Positions 10,295 through 20,575 of a stretch of 50,407 nucleotides of DNA are shown in pieces; position 1 is the stretch's first letter, and each line of letters opens with the position of its first letter. The notes below the pieces were generated by a model that saw only the letters and a program-made list of their open reading frames with translations, searched no databases and had not been told where the DNA came from. A program made the position numbers and the translations under genes. The DNA comes from a virus (taxonomy: Duplodnaviria > Caudoviricetes): positions 1-50,407 of IMG/VR virus record IMGVR_UViG_3300012988_000008. One strand, written 5' to 3'.

Positions 10295-11205
10295 GAGAAG
10301 TTCGAGCCCCAGATAAACCAAGTATTAGGATTCATCTGATAAAGAGTAACCACACCCCACTGAGCAACAGTAGCATTTGCATTACCCCCCGAACCCGCCT
10401 TAGCTAATGTAACTCCAGAACCTCTCGCGATGGTCAGTGACGCGGAGCCCAGATTAATTACCGTCACAAACTGATTAGCGGGGAACCCCGGAGGAATAGT
10501 TAAAACTCTGGTTGCCGCTTCATTATAAATAATAGTACGACCCGCTTCTATATTAAGAATAGTACTATTTGCAGTCTTGGTCGTAGACGGACTTCCTCTG
10601 TACCCTACGGAAGTTGCTGTAATAGTGGTTTGTCCAGGGTTAAGAACAACGTCAGACGTAGACGTAAAATTGACTGGGCCGTCGAAGTCTGCGCCGTCGT
10701 CAAAGAATTGTGTTCCTGTGTAAGTGTTGGGCCCTTGAAGGGTCGGAATGGTTACGCCAGTGTCCTGTGTAGCCGCCGTCCCTAGGCCTAAATTAGCACG
10801 GGCGGCGACCGGATCAACTTCGTTAAGATTATTGACTGCTTTCAAATCACCGACGTTAGGGATGTCTGTGGGTGAAAGCCATTCAAGAGCGCTACCGTCG
10901 GTACTCAACAGTTTCCCGTCGTTTCCGACTTGAGACGGAATCACCGTACCGCCCAGAAGAAGTTGGGCATCTTTTACATCGGTCCAGCGGGCAGGATCAG
11001 TATCAGAAGCGGGGGCAGGTAAGTTGAGAATACGCTTAGAGTTCATGTCAAGGGGGGCGCCCATTTGATTGGGACTGGACCCGTCACGGCTAAGCGTATT
11101 CTCGAAAGCGTCTTCGATCTTTTGACTATTGTCGTTAAGAGTCTGGATCGCCGACGTCTGATTTTCTAGGGACGCCAGTGTCCCCAACTCTACGATTTTA
11201 GTCAT
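10291..11205 (-). CDS. Tail fibre protein
   Basis: N-terminal NTLSRDG..PNQM.APLDMNS anchor, NNL..V...AAR.NLGLG fibre motif, small beta C-terminal domain. Confidence 0.75.
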   Translation of the reverse strand: MTKIVELGTLASLENQTSAIQTLNDNSQKIEDAFENTLSRDGSSPNQMGAPLDMNSKRILNLPAPASDTDPARWTDVKDAQLLLGGTVIPSQVGNDGKLLSTDGSALEWLSPTDIPNVGDLKAVNNLNEVDPVAARANLGLGTAATQDTGVTIPTLQGPNTYTGTQFFDDGADFDGPVNFTSTSDVVLNPGQTTITATSVGYRGSPSTTKTANSTILNIEAGRTIIYNEAATRVLTIPPGFPANQFVTVINLGSASLTIARGSGVTLAKAGSGGNANATVAQWGVVTLYQMNPNTWFIWGSNFS

Positions 11206-11207
11206 TC

Positions 11208-11429
11208 TTATTTATCCACCTTAGACAGTAATTGGTCTTCAATTCGTTGCAGAGATTCCCGAATGAATCTAAAGTCTCTGTGCACATCTTCTTTCTTGGC
11301 GTAAGTGTGGTGCAAGTTAGAAAGTTCGGAGTCCATTTCATGTAGACGTCCGTATAAATTCTTAACAGCAAATCCCAGACCTGCGGACAGAATCCCAAGA
11401 AGAATGTTGATTAACCAAAGTTCGGTCAT
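11208..11429 (-). CDS. Small membrane protein with coiled-coil tail
   Basis: Single N-terminal hydrophobic helix. Confidence 0.65.
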   Translation of the reverse strand: MTELWLINILLGILSAGLGFAVKNLYGRLHEMDSELSNLHHTYAKKEDVHRDFRFIRESLQRIEDQLLSKVDK

Positions 11430-11438
11430 GTTCGAAAC

Positions 11439-11476
11439 AAGAAAGGGGAGGACCCCTGTTGTGGAATCCTCCCCTT
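11439..11476 (-). terminator. Intrinsic terminator after capsid genes
   Basis: AAGGGGAGGA/TCCTCCCCTT stem followed by T-rich tail on minus strand. Confidence 0.75.
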
Positions 11477-11491
11477 AGCCGCCCCTTCTAC

Positions 11492-12043
11492 TTACAGATC
11501 AGCAGGAACGGGTTGAGGATCGATATACTCGATCACCAGTCGGGCCTTACCAGCGGTGAACGTACCCACCGTAGTAATGCCAATGAATGCACGGTTTGCA
11601 CCGACACCGTTCGTACCGGCCGTAGCCGCAGTCAGGGTGCCGTCACCGTTAATTCGCTTACCGACAGCAAGGTTCGCGGTAACACCAGCAGTGGCCGTAA
11701 CAAGCGCGGTAGCCGAAATGGCCGTGCCGTTAGCTTGGAACAGACCCACTGCAATCGACGTACCACCGACAGCCGTTTCACCAGAGACGATAAAGACATC
11801 GGTAATCGAAGAGTTGGCGGGGAGCGAGACGTCGCCGTTATAGAAGCCGTCCTTAGTGCCGTCGTTATTCAGATCGGCACTGAAGTTAACACCGACCGGA
11901 AGCAGTTTCAGGTCTAAGTCAACTTCGATTTGTTTACGTGCACCGGCAACGCGAAGAGAACCCGGACGGTTCTTACGCAGGGCCGGATCGACCCAGTCTT
12001 GTCCAAAACGGACTTGGAGGCCGTCAGCGTTAGTCCATGCCAT
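11492..12043 (-). CDS. Minor capsid / decoration protein
   Basis: Directly after MCP, GGAGG RBS, N-terminal WTN.DGL.V.FG. Confidence 0.65.
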   Translation of the reverse strand: MAWTNADGLQVRFGQDWVDPALRKNRPGSLRVAGARKQIEVDLDLKLLPVGVNFSADLNNDGTKDGFYNGDVSLPANSSITDVFIVSGETAVGGTSIAVGLFQANGTAISATALVTATAGVTANLAVGKRINGDGTLTAATAGTNGVGANRAFIGITTVGTFTAGKARLVIEYIDPQPVPADL

Positions 12044-12059
12044 ATATAATTACCTCCAA

Positions 12060-13070
12060 TTATTCGTTAGGCGCGGCGGGGTTCGACAGAATCGTAACCA
12101 GGTTTTCCGGGCGGTAAATCTTGACGCCGTAACGGGCAGTCGTGACGTACTCTTCGCGTTGGAAGTCCTTGTTGTATTCGCCGTCGACTTTCGGCATTTG
12201 ACGCCATGCGCCAACCCACGGACGGACGTCCGATTCGGCCGAGAAGAAGAGGTTGCCGACTGCACCAGCGCCCGAGACAACCGTATTGATCGTTTCCGAA
12301 GCACCGCTTTGGTTGTCACCCGACTTCGGCAGGTAGTTCGACGTATAGACATCGAAGCCCATGATATTGGCAATGAAGTGATTTTCCGAGCCAATACCGG
12401 TCGAGATAATACCTTCCCAGCGCGGGTTGTACGTGATGTTCGTGGCAGCGGCCAGAGCATTCATCGCAAACTCGGTCGACGGGTCGACAATAGCAATCAA
12501 GTTACGATCAGGAACATTAGCCTTCTTAAGGGCATAACGTGCGTACGCGAAGTCTTCGTAACCCAGAACCTTCATGGTGCCCGAGCCAATGGTTTCGGTA
12601 GCGACCCGACGGTGGGCTGCGCCGTTAATCAGGTTCGGCGAGTTCGCCACTTGATAACCGGCGGGGTTACCCGTGCGAGGTTGACCTTCCTTGAGAATAT
12701 CGATTTCAAGGTGACGCTTAATAGCGCGGGCTTGCTTAGGCACGAAGGTCGACACAAGCTCAGACATATAGAACATGTCTTGCTTGTTCTTGTTCGTGAT
12801 ATACGTACCCGATTGCTTGTAGCGGTTAATGGTGAAGTTAAACTCACCGAGGTCCAGCGGGCTGTAGCTGACCGCTTGATCTTCGACGTAGTCGTAAGCG
12901 TCTAGTTCACCGATGCTGGGGATAGTCAGCATTTCGCCGTCAGGGAAATTGTCCAGCCAACGGACAAAGCCGTCAGCCATCAAGTCGTCCGTCAGGACAT
13001 CTTTCAGTTGAGCAGACCACAGCTCAGAGCGGATAAGCGCCTGGCTGTTGTTGGTAGTCATACCAGCCAA
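12060..13070 (-). CDS. Major capsid protein
   Basis: 336 aa after scaffold; LIRSELWS start, YG.K.YRPE near C-terminus; strong codon bias. Confidence 0.88.
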   Translation of the reverse strand: MAGMTTNNSQALIRSELWSAQLKDVLTDDLMADGFVRWLDNFPDGEMLTIPSIGELDAYDYVEDQAVSYSPLDLGEFNFTINRYKQSGTYITNKNKQDMFYMSELVSTFVPKQARAIKRHLEIDILKEGQPRTGNPAGYQVANSPNLINGAAHRRVATETIGSGTMKVLGYEDFAYARYALKKANVPDRNLIAIVDPSTEFAMNALAAATNITYNPRWEGIISTGIGSENHFIANIMGFDVYTSNYLPKSGDNQSGASETINTVVSGAGAVGNLFFSAESDVRPWVGAWRQMPKVDGEYNKDFQREEYVTTARYGVKIYRPENLVTILSNPAAPNE

Positions 13071-13083
13071 ATTTTAATCTCCG

Positions 13084-13776
13084 TTAATCAAAGAATCCGG
13101 GATTTCCCGCCTCTTTGTGCATTTGAAGTTGGATTCGTGGGCTGTTGTACAACTTCGGATTCGTCTTACGCAAGTCTTCGTAGTATGCATAAGTTCCGGG
13201 TTGCGTAGCCCTTTGGGGATTAATAGCCGCCAGAGCTGCCGAATTGACCGTACCCGGGGTTCCGGGCTTAGGGGCAGCCGCCGTGTTGAGACCCATCTGA
13301 GCATAAAATGCCTTCGGGCTTTGCGCTGCCGAGTCCATCAAGAAGCTAAGACTGACACCAAGTTCAGTCGCTTTTTGTTGTACGGCGGCGTTAGCCTTTG
13401 CAGCGTCACCAAAGACTTCAACCAGTTTTTGTGAAACTTCGTTGACATTCTTGGACAGTTTTTGTTCAGTGTTGGCCTTTTCAAGGGTCTGGCGGATACG
13501 AGTTTCCAAATCAACTTCATCAATGCGTTGCTCGGGACTGGCCGGGGGTGGCGCAATGGGAGTTTGTTGACGTTGGGCCTCGACGTCAGCCGCAAGGGCT
13601 TGACGATATTGGGCAGTTTCGGCTTCCAGTGCCTCAATGTGTCGTTGAGCGAAGTCCACGGATTTAGCCATGTCTTCTACGGTTGCGTACTTCTTGCCTT
13701 CGCCTACGAGGGCGTCAAAAGCGCTTTGCGGAGGGGTCTGCTCAGTAAAGACGTTAAGGTCGGACATATTGGTCAA
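13084..13776 (-). CDS. Scaffolding protein
   Basis: LVGEGKKY motif, coiled-coil, between portal and MCP. Confidence 0.75.
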   Translation of the reverse strand: MTNMSDLNVFTEQTPPQSAFDALVGEGKKYATVEDMAKSVDFAQRHIEALEAETAQYRQALAADVEAQRQQTPIAPPPASPEQRIDEVDLETRIRQTLEKANTEQKLSKNVNEVSQKLVEVFGDAAKANAAVQQKATELGVSLSFLMDSAAQSPKAFYAQMGLNTAAAPKPGTPGTVNSAALAAINPQRATQPGTYAYYEDLRKTNPKLYNSPRIQLQMHKEAGNPGFFD

Positions 13777-14027
13777 TATTCCTCAATTTTTAAAAGTTCT
13801 ATGATTTCGCGGTACGCTTGTCGCTTACCGTTCAGGTGCGCCTGTTTATGCGACCACGAAGGAGAGTCATAGTCTTGGTCTTTAATGACTTCTCCATCAT
13901 TACACCTATTATACACTATTTTACTTAATTTGTCAAGTACTTTTTTCGATCCGAGAACTAAAGCCTTAAAAGACTCTTGTTCATCCTTGGGGAGGTCCTG
14001 GAACCATACCGTTTTGACTTTGGCCAT
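13773..14027 (-). CDS. Small conserved protein after portal (84 aa)
   Basis: ATG at 14027; DYDSPSW.HKQAH.NG motif. Confidence 0.7.
   Translation of the reverse strand: MAKVKTVWFQDLPKDEQESFKALVLGSKKVLDKLSKIVYNRCNDGEVIKDQDYDSPSWSHKQAHLNGKRQAYREIIELLKIEEY
13908..13936 (-). promoter_or_regulatory. sigma70 promoter upstream of scaffold/capsid
   Basis: TTGACA-17-TATAAT on minus strand, inside the small gene. Confidence 0.85.
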
Positions 14028-15765
14028 CTGGTGCCATACCTTCCATATTAATTTGTGCAGCAGCCCCAGCAATTTTCTGGGATTCTGCTTGTTCAAGGAG
14101 ACGAATATTTTCAGACACAAGGTCGAACCGTTCCAGACCCAACAGCTCTTCGACGACTTCTGCCAATTTGAGTCCCGAAATGTGGTTTGTAACCGATGGG
14201 TCTTGGCCGATAGTCTGGACCATTTGGGTAAGATTCTGGACAATGTTGGCGTTTCGTGCAAAATGACGTGCGCCGATAGGACGAATCTTGCCGCGAGCAG
14301 TAATGTCTTCTTTGGTAACCTTCATAAACTCTACGGCACCGAACTGATCATCAGTAACACGAATAAGCTCTGAAGGCTCCATATTACGCCTAGCGACTTC
14401 CAGCATGCAGTTAATAGCCGGCTCCATGAATACTTCTTCAAAATACGAAGACTTGTTCAAGAAAATTCGGTTAGTCCCGTTTTCTAAGACTTGTACTTCG
14501 TACGCGGTCTTTTCACCCGGGGTACGGAAACCCATAGCCTGTTTGGGGGCACCCGCCATTTCTTCCATTTTAGATTCGTAGATTTGAATCTGCGTGTCTG
14601 CCGAAAGCATTGTAGTGTCCGGCGGCATAAACGATACGTCCCCGTCGTCGCCACAATAAATCCGTTCGCCGGGACCGTATTCGAAGTCTTGGACGGTACC
14701 AATAACTTTCATGACAGGATGAACGATAAGGTCGTACGCGTCAGACTTAGCGTTTTCTAAGTGGTCAATACGATATTGCATCCCGACCAAATTGTCCAAC
14801 GGGCCCATGGCGTACAAATTATCTGGACGTAATCGCCAGCCGACATGGAAGATCGGAGCCGTTCCTAGCCAAGACGGATTGGTCTCTTGACGAATAATGT
14901 GAGACCTATCGACTACTGTGATGATTTGGTTCTTAAACAGTTCGTCTTTTTCAGGATCGTAGATGTCGCCGTAGAACGTCAACAGTTCGACGTAGTTCGA
15001 CTCCATATAATGTTCCCAAGAACTAAACCCGTCCATTTGATACGTGGCGTCTTTAGTGTAGTCCCCCGGGGTCGAGCCCTTAAACTGATGACGACAGTCC
15101 CGCATCTTCTTAAGAGTTTTTTCAAGAAACGCTAAGTCGGGGTGCGATTCCATCTTAGAGCGAAGAGACGCCATAGTCTCAATAGTACGGATAATTTTTG
15201 ACGTATCTTCGAACCTCGCAGCGGTGGGGTCAAAGACAATGTCCAGAGGGCTAATGCGATTAAGTCGAGGACCGACGTAGCCGCTGATCGTTTCTTGAGT
15301 GATCGGATCAGTCGTCGTTTCGTTGACAAAATCGACAATAGCAAAACAGTTCCCCCAGTCAATAAAATCGTTCAGACACTTAGCAATCTCAGTGCGGAAC
15401 TTCGACTGGCGGAGCTTATTCTCCATGTACGCTTCAATAACACGGCGCTTTTCTACAGCGTCTGCGTCTTCGTCGTCACCTTCCCATTGAATCGGCCTGT
15501 CATTGGGGAACATCGCGGCCATATAGTTAGCCTGAAGGTTGTCCCGGATTTGGCAGAGTTTAGGGATGTGAACAGAGTTTTTCCACGGAAGGGTGGTATT
15601 AGTCGTGGTTCGAGTATCTGTCGCAAAAATGTATTCGCGAATTTCTTTCTTTTGAGACGCCCAGATTTGCCGATACATTTCCCATTCAGTGAACGTATTC
15701 GCGATCTGATGGGCAAGTCCGTCTGGCTTCATGACGTCTCGAATTTCAAGTGCCTTTTCGGCCAT
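13981..15765 (-). CDS. Portal protein
   Basis: 594 aa after TerL; LPWKN..HIPKL.QIRDNL and RTPGEKTA.EV motifs. Confidence 0.9.
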   Translation of the reverse strand: MAEKALEIRDVMKPDGLAHQIANTFTEWEMYRQIWASQKKEIREYIFATDTRTTTNTTLPWKNSVHIPKLCQIRDNLQANYMAAMFPNDRPIQWEGDDEDADAVEKRRVIEAYMENKLRQSKFRTEIAKCLNDFIDWGNCFAIVDFVNETTTDPITQETISGYVGPRLNRISPLDIVFDPTAARFEDTSKIIRTIETMASLRSKMESHPDLAFLEKTLKKMRDCRHQFKGSTPGDYTKDATYQMDGFSSWEHYMESNYVELLTFYGDIYDPEKDELFKNQIITVVDRSHIIRQETNPSWLGTAPIFHVGWRLRPDNLYAMGPLDNLVGMQYRIDHLENAKSDAYDLIVHPVMKVIGTVQDFEYGPGERIYCGDDGDVSFMPPDTTMLSADTQIQIYESKMEEMAGAPKQAMGFRTPGEKTAYEVQVLENGTNRIFLNKSSYFEEVFMEPAINCMLEVARRNMEPSELIRVTDDQFGAVEFMKVTKEDITARGKIRPIGARHFARNANIVQNLTQMVQTIGQDPSVTNHISGLKLAEVVEELLGLERFDLVSENIRLLEQAESQKIAGAAAQINMEGMAPDGQSQNGMVPGPPQG

Positions 15766-17309
15766 TAACGGATTCCTCCGAAGCGGGGGTGATAAACAAT
15801 ATTATTTCCGGCAGCTGACCTGTCTCGAGCCAACATTCCGGTGGGAGCGACGGAAATAGAAATGGCGGTCGCAAGGGCGTCCATACAGTCGTCGTGAGGC
15901 GGATGCTCGAGTACCAACTCGTCTTCAAGAGTTTGACAGTGACCGCCCTTGTAATGCCACACAGAACGATTGTCGTATCTTGGTTCAAGGATGGCTGCCA
16001 TACGTTCTTGTTTAGACCCTTGGTGGCGGGTAGGCGCAATTTCTACGACAGACAAGAACAAGCCTTGGGGGACAAAGTAGTTGTCCTTAAGGTCACGAAC
16101 AATAGTCTTCTGTGCGGCAGTAACTTCGGCGCCTAGCTTCCTGAAGCCCCATTTAGAATGAAGGTCTAAGATGTGCTTAAAGTACTCAGGAATTCGGTCC
16201 GTCTTGAACCGATCAATGTCGAGCACGTACGTCTGGTTGCCGCTGTCAGTGCCGATAACAACGATGGCCGTGTAGTCAGCCCTGTCACGGAGGCTGTAAG
16301 CGAAGTCAACGGACGCAGTGAGATTGAGCTTTCTGTTTTGGTAGTACCAATTACCGCCGCTCTGGGTGAGGAACTTCTTGTCGTAGTACTGGAAGACTCC
16401 GCGATCAATTCGAAGCTCTCCGGGGTCATTGGGGTCGTTGTAGTACTGTGCACGAAATTGAGTTCTGTCGACGTATTGGGCTCGTTTGCGTGCCAAGATT
16501 TGGGCGTCGAAGCCGAATCTACGGCCATCGGATCGAACTTGAACTGGCCAGAGAAACTGTCCGGTACCGTCCCCGACATCTTCGACGGCTCGTTCAAAGA
16601 CTTCGTAAACGTTTTCTGATCCGACGACTTCGTTTTGGTTGTCATAAACATCTTCTTTCATGTCGACTAAGGTAGCGTATAAATCTTTAGGATGATACCG
16701 AGTACCACAGACCCAGACTTGTGCATCCGAGCCTTGAATAGACGCCAGCAGGCTGTACTGAGATTCTACTTTACGACGACCTTCGTCGGTGTACGCATTT
16801 TCGTAGACGACAATATCGTCCATGACAGCAATGTCGCAGTGGAGGCCGGTGAGAGACGTCGTAAGACCGCCGGTGAATACCGTAGGGTCGCGGATAGCCT
16901 CGTCTTTGCGTTTGGGGTGGTCGACAGAAATTTCTGTATTGGTCCACTTTTCACGCTTGCCTTCGTCGGGGTGTACCATTTCCGGCCAATAACGTCTGTA
17001 CTGATTAGACGTAAGAATATCTTTGATAAACTTAAGCTGCTTTTCGGCAAGGTTTGCGGTGGCCGAAATGTACAGGATGCGGCAGTCTGGATTTCGTGTA
17101 ATGTGCCAAGCACACCTGTAAGCAATCAGGCGGGACTTACCGTGGTCTCGTGGCATTAATAGTACCTGGTGAGACTTAGAGTCTGCCCTGTTCCACCAAG
17201 AACAGATGTCTTCGTGGACCGACCCAAGAACCTGCTTAGGGGCAATCAGTTTAATGAAGGACGCTAAGTCTGCTTCGGCCGCTTCACGGATTTCTGCTAT
17301 GGTAGCCAT
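15765..17309 (-). CDS. terL: Terminase large subunit
   Basis: PRDHGKS Walker A, MDD Walker B, GTRY, nuclease DFA and HDD..DA. Confidence 0.93.
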   Translation of the reverse strand: MATIAEIREAAEADLASFIKLIAPKQVLGSVHEDICSWWNRADSKSHQVLLMPRDHGKSRLIAYRCAWHITRNPDCRILYISATANLAEKQLKFIKDILTSNQYRRYWPEMVHPDEGKREKWTNTEISVDHPKRKDEAIRDPTVFTGGLTTSLTGLHCDIAVMDDIVVYENAYTDEGRRKVESQYSLLASIQGSDAQVWVCGTRYHPKDLYATLVDMKEDVYDNQNEVVGSENVYEVFERAVEDVGDGTGQFLWPVQVRSDGRRFGFDAQILARKRAQYVDRTQFRAQYYNDPNDPGELRIDRGVFQYYDKKFLTQSGGNWYYQNRKLNLTASVDFAYSLRDRADYTAIVVIGTDSGNQTYVLDIDRFKTDRIPEYFKHILDLHSKWGFRKLGAEVTAAQKTIVRDLKDNYFVPQGLFLSVVEIAPTRHQGSKQERMAAILEPRYDNRSVWHYKGGHCQTLEDELVLEHPPHDDCMDALATAISISVAPTGMLARDRSAAGNNIVYHPRFGGIR

Positions 17310-17312
17310 GTG

Positions 17313-17567
17313 TTACTTTCTAGCGCGCCTAGCCTTGCTGTCACGCTTAAAGGAGCGGTTCTTGGCTTTAGACTGCATCTGTAAATTTGAAGATTTATTA
17401 TTGGCGGTATTATTATCTTTGTGGGCTACGTCTTTTCCGTCACCCTTACGTGCTTTACCCGCCTTGATCATTTTTCGACGGGCCGCATTTCGCTGAGCAC
17501 GCCTCTTCTTTTGTTCAGGCTTCGAATTGTACTTAGCCTGTGCTCGCTGTCTTGCTTCTGTAGCCAT
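17313..17567 (-). CDS. Small basic HNH-family protein
   Basis: GDGKDVAH....N...NL......NRS; between TerS and TerL. Confidence 0.7.
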   Translation of the reverse strand: MATEARQRAQAKYNSKPEQKKRRAQRNAARRKMIKAGKARKGDGKDVAHKDNNTANNKSSNLQMQSKAKNRSFKRDSKARRARK

Positions 17568-17569
17568 CG

Positions 17570-18094
17570 TTATTTTACCAGTCTCAAGCCAATACGATCT
17601 GCGTCGTCTAACAACTCTTGTTGCACTTTTGTTTCTTTTTTCAATTCAGCAGCCACTTGTTCTTTAGTCGGACGGCCTTTGGTTGCTTTGGGAAGCCATC
17701 CTTGTTCTGCTAAGTATTTTGCGGCAGCTAGTGCTTGTGGACCACTAGTTTCTGAGATAGCCCTGATCTTTGCGATAGCTTCTGATTGTTGTTTAATTGC
17801 CAAGCGGCGACGCCATTCTTCAAACACTTCGGGGAACCAAGGGGTTCGCATTAAACGTTCCCAATGGTTATAATCCCCTAAGTACGTCATAGCCCATAAA
17901 TAACCTGTAGGGTCTTCTAAGGCAATAAAATCATCACAAGCACACCTATAACCGTCACGTCGGTCGAACAGGGTGAAGAGGGGCTTGACAGGCCATTGGT
18001 CTTGGGGTTTAGGTGCCATCCTGTCGAAGAACAAAGCTTCGGTCAGCCATGCGCCGCTAGCCCCTTTGTATGGTTGTTTGTCTAAAGTTCTCAT
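17570..18094 (-). CDS. Terminase small subunit (putative)
   Basis: Position before TerL; DPT.Y, AAKYL..GW, GRP.K pattern. Confidence 0.65.
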   Translation of the reverse strand: MRTLDKQPYKGASGAWLTEALFFDRMAPKPQDQWPVKPLFTLFDRRDGYRCACDDFIALEDPTGYLWAMTYLGDYNHWERLMRTPWFPEVFEEWRRRLAIKQQSEAIAKIRAISETSGPQALAAAKYLAEQGWLPKATKGRPTKEQVAAELKKETKVQQELLDDADRIGLRLVK

Positions 18095-18100
18095 GTGTAA

Positions 18101-20221
18101 TTATGTATTAGCGATTAGACCGTGGCCTAAAGTGCCAAGACGGTCAATGAGAGTGTTTAAAGCTGTACGACATTCAGCGTCAATGGTGGTGCCGCCTGTG
18201 GGTTTGGTGACAGCAGCTTGGCGAGCCCCAAGGACTTTGTTTGCGCCGATGAGGAACGAACTGTCCGAAGTACGCCAAGTGGCTTGAGTGGTCGTAGCAT
18301 GCCCAAAGAAGATGTCACGAGACGTCGAGTGGGCCGACAGGCGAAGGTTTCCGGCGTCTCCGTTGACTATAGCAGTAGTCGCACCGTCGACCAGAAGGAG
18401 ACGAGGAACTGCGTCCGCTACGGTTAGTGCGCCTGTCGTCAAAGACGTTAAGTTCATTGACAAGGCGGCTGCTGTATCAGTGATCCAAATACCATTGGCT
18501 GACAGAACGTTTCCGGTGTCTTGGGCGTCTAAGGTGTTACTGGCGAACGTCGGAACACCGATAATCTTAGCGCCGTTCTTCCAAGCGAGACCCAGCGCAG
18601 AGTTTTGAACTGTTAAGACGTTACCTCCTGACGCGACAATGACACTCGCCCCTTGGTCCAGGGACAGGGCCCCTGTGCTCGGGCCGTACGACAGAATGTT
18701 GGGGTACGCACGAACCGCAGAGCCCAGAAGTTCTACGACGTAGAATTGACCCCCCGAGAACATATTACTGTTCAGAGCGCCCACTGTTCCTTGGCCAATC
18801 GATATAACTCCTGTTCTTGCACCACCGCCAGAGCAACGAACCAGATTCAATTCACCACCGTCTTGGGTAGTCACTGGCGTAAAGGACGGTGCGTAGTCGT
18901 TACCACCAAATGCACAACGGTTCGCGTAGAAGCTACCGCCATTGGCAGTACGAACAGATTTAGTGGGCCCGCCGACAAAGACGTCGTTGTCCATACAGTA
19001 CCAGTAAGACCCGTTGCGGGCCATACCTAAGACAGTACCGTCGGTAGTTGCGTCCGTCCCCGTCCAAGACCAACCAAGGTAGCGGGAATACGCAGTTGCA
19101 TTTTCACTGAGGTTAAAGAAGCCTTCGACGGCCGCTGTGCCCCCAGACCACGCTAAGGTGGCAAAAGGAATTGCAATCTGGCTTTGCGTACGTCCCTGAA
19201 GAACCGTTCGAATGAACGTTGTCGGGGCGACAGGGGCAGTTTGATAACGGGCACGGTACGTGTACGACAGCCGATTTGGTGCTACTGTTCGGACTTGGTG
19301 TCCACCACAGAAGGCCCTCGCGTCGTTGTCCCCCGCCACAAAGATGGCCCCGATAGCTGAGTTCGTCGTAACGTGGTTCGGGAGGGGTGTTCCGACGCCG
19401 ACTGTAACTTCGTACAAAGTCCCGGAAACGGGAGACACAGAAATACTTGTGATATCCATGTACGTGGGGAAAGCGGACGCTTCAAGCCACAGTGACGGTT
19501 GATCAGACCTTCGAATAATTGCTTCGGTTCCAAAGTCGGTCACGCCGTCGGGAAGAATAATCTTGATACGACCGTATCCCGTCAGGATAGTTTTTGACTG
19601 CCAGTCACAAGCGGCTTTGAGGATTGCAAAGCGCTGGGCATTGGTCGTTGCCCCAGAGAAATTGGGGGTGATCGTCAGGTCCGTATCACCGTTGTACACA
19701 AATGGAAGATTACTGGTGTACGCGTACGTAGCTGCCAATTGAGCCGTAGCTTCTTGGTTGATGTCCACGACCTTGGGGGCCACAAGGGTTTTCCTGAAGG
19801 CCTCTGCGTTCGGTGCAGTAAGGTTACCCCCAGTGACGTCTGCCTTAAAGGCGGTCGCTGCAATGGCGTCAATAGCCGCTTGACTGGCTTCTGCTGCGTC
19901 GGCGGCTGCCTGTGCGGCTGCGTTTTGTGCATCTTGTGCGGCGTCCGTAGCGGTGTTTACGGCAGCTTCAAGATTATCTACGGCGACTAAAACTTCTTGA
20001 ACTTCTTGGAGTCGGGCAGGCTCAGTCGGAGTCGTGGGTTCCGGCAGATTAATGATTCGTTCACTGTTCATGTCCAACGGGGCCTGCATCTCGTTGGGGC
20101 CGGTACCGTCACGGCTTAAGGTATTGTCAAAGGCGACAACAATTTTGTCGAAGTCGTCATTGAGACCATTAACAGAGCGATACCCCGAGGCGATGGGACG
20201 CAGATCAATTTTGTCAGACAA
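18101..20221 (-). CDS. Tail spike / receptor-binding protein with probable beta-helix
   Basis: Same N-terminal anchor as 10291-11205, Ala-rich coil, Gly/Asn-rich beta repeats. Confidence 0.72.
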   Translation of the reverse strand: MSDKIDLRPIASGYRSVNGLNDDFDKIVVAFDNTLSRDGTGPNEMQAPLDMNSERIINLPEPTTPTEPARLQEVQEVLVAVDNLEAAVNTATDAAQDAQNAAAQAAADAAEASQAAIDAIAATAFKADVTGGNLTAPNAEAFRKTLVAPKVVDINQEATAQLAATYAYTSNLPFVYNGDTDLTITPNFSGATTNAQRFAILKAACDWQSKTILTGYGRIKIILPDGVTDFGTEAIIRRSDQPSLWLEASAFPTYMDITSISVSPVSGTLYEVTVGVGTPLPNHVTTNSAIGAIFVAGDNDARAFCGGHQVRTVAPNRLSYTYRARYQTAPVAPTTFIRTVLQGRTQSQIAIPFATLAWSGGTAAVEGFFNLSENATAYSRYLGWSWTGTDATTDGTVLGMARNGSYWYCMDNDVFVGGPTKSVRTANGGSFYANRCAFGGNDYAPSFTPVTTQDGGELNLVRCSGGGARTGVISIGQGTVGALNSNMFSGGQFYVVELLGSAVRAYPNILSYGPSTGALSLDQGASVIVASGGNVLTVQNSALGLAWKNGAKIIGVPTFASNTLDAQDTGNVLSANGIWITDTAAALSMNLTSLTTGALTVADAVPRLLLVDGATTAIVNGDAGNLRLSAHSTSRDIFFGHATTTQATWRTSDSSFLIGANKVLGARQAAVTKPTGGTTIDAECRTALNTLIDRLGTLGHGLIANT

Positions 20222-20430
20222 AGTAAATTATGAACCTCTTAAAATAAGAAAACCCTTGTCCCCTTTCCCCTCTAAGTGTATACACCGTGGGTGTGACAAA
20301 GACGGAAAGGTAAGATAAAGGATAAATAAATAAACTGACAAGATTTAAGAATTAATTATATTAGATAATCAAAATAACTAATATCAACTAACCGTGGACA
20401 CTTATAGTAGTGTCTGTCGTTTACTCTACT

Positions 20431-20459
20431 ATTATAACATATTTTAAAGCCTAAGTCAA
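20431..20459 (-). promoter_or_regulatory. sigma70 promoter of the structural arm
   Basis: TTGACT-17-TATAAT with TG extension on minus strand. Confidence 0.8.
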
Positions 20460-20575
20460 CCCCTAAAGACTAAAATAGTTATGGTATCCCCCACTAAGGG
20501 TAATCCACCGAGGTGTAATATCGCTAAGGGTCGTACAGTCCCGTGTATTCCCGACCACCACTTCCTAACATTTAT

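Noticed and set aside
11856-12905. Long antisense ORFs (also 29479-30876 and 22848-23540)
   Set aside because: Shadows of strongly codon-biased real genes
11492-13070. T7-style capsid frameshift or read-through extension
   Set aside because: No obvious slippery site; the downstream gene has its own GGAGG RBS and ATG
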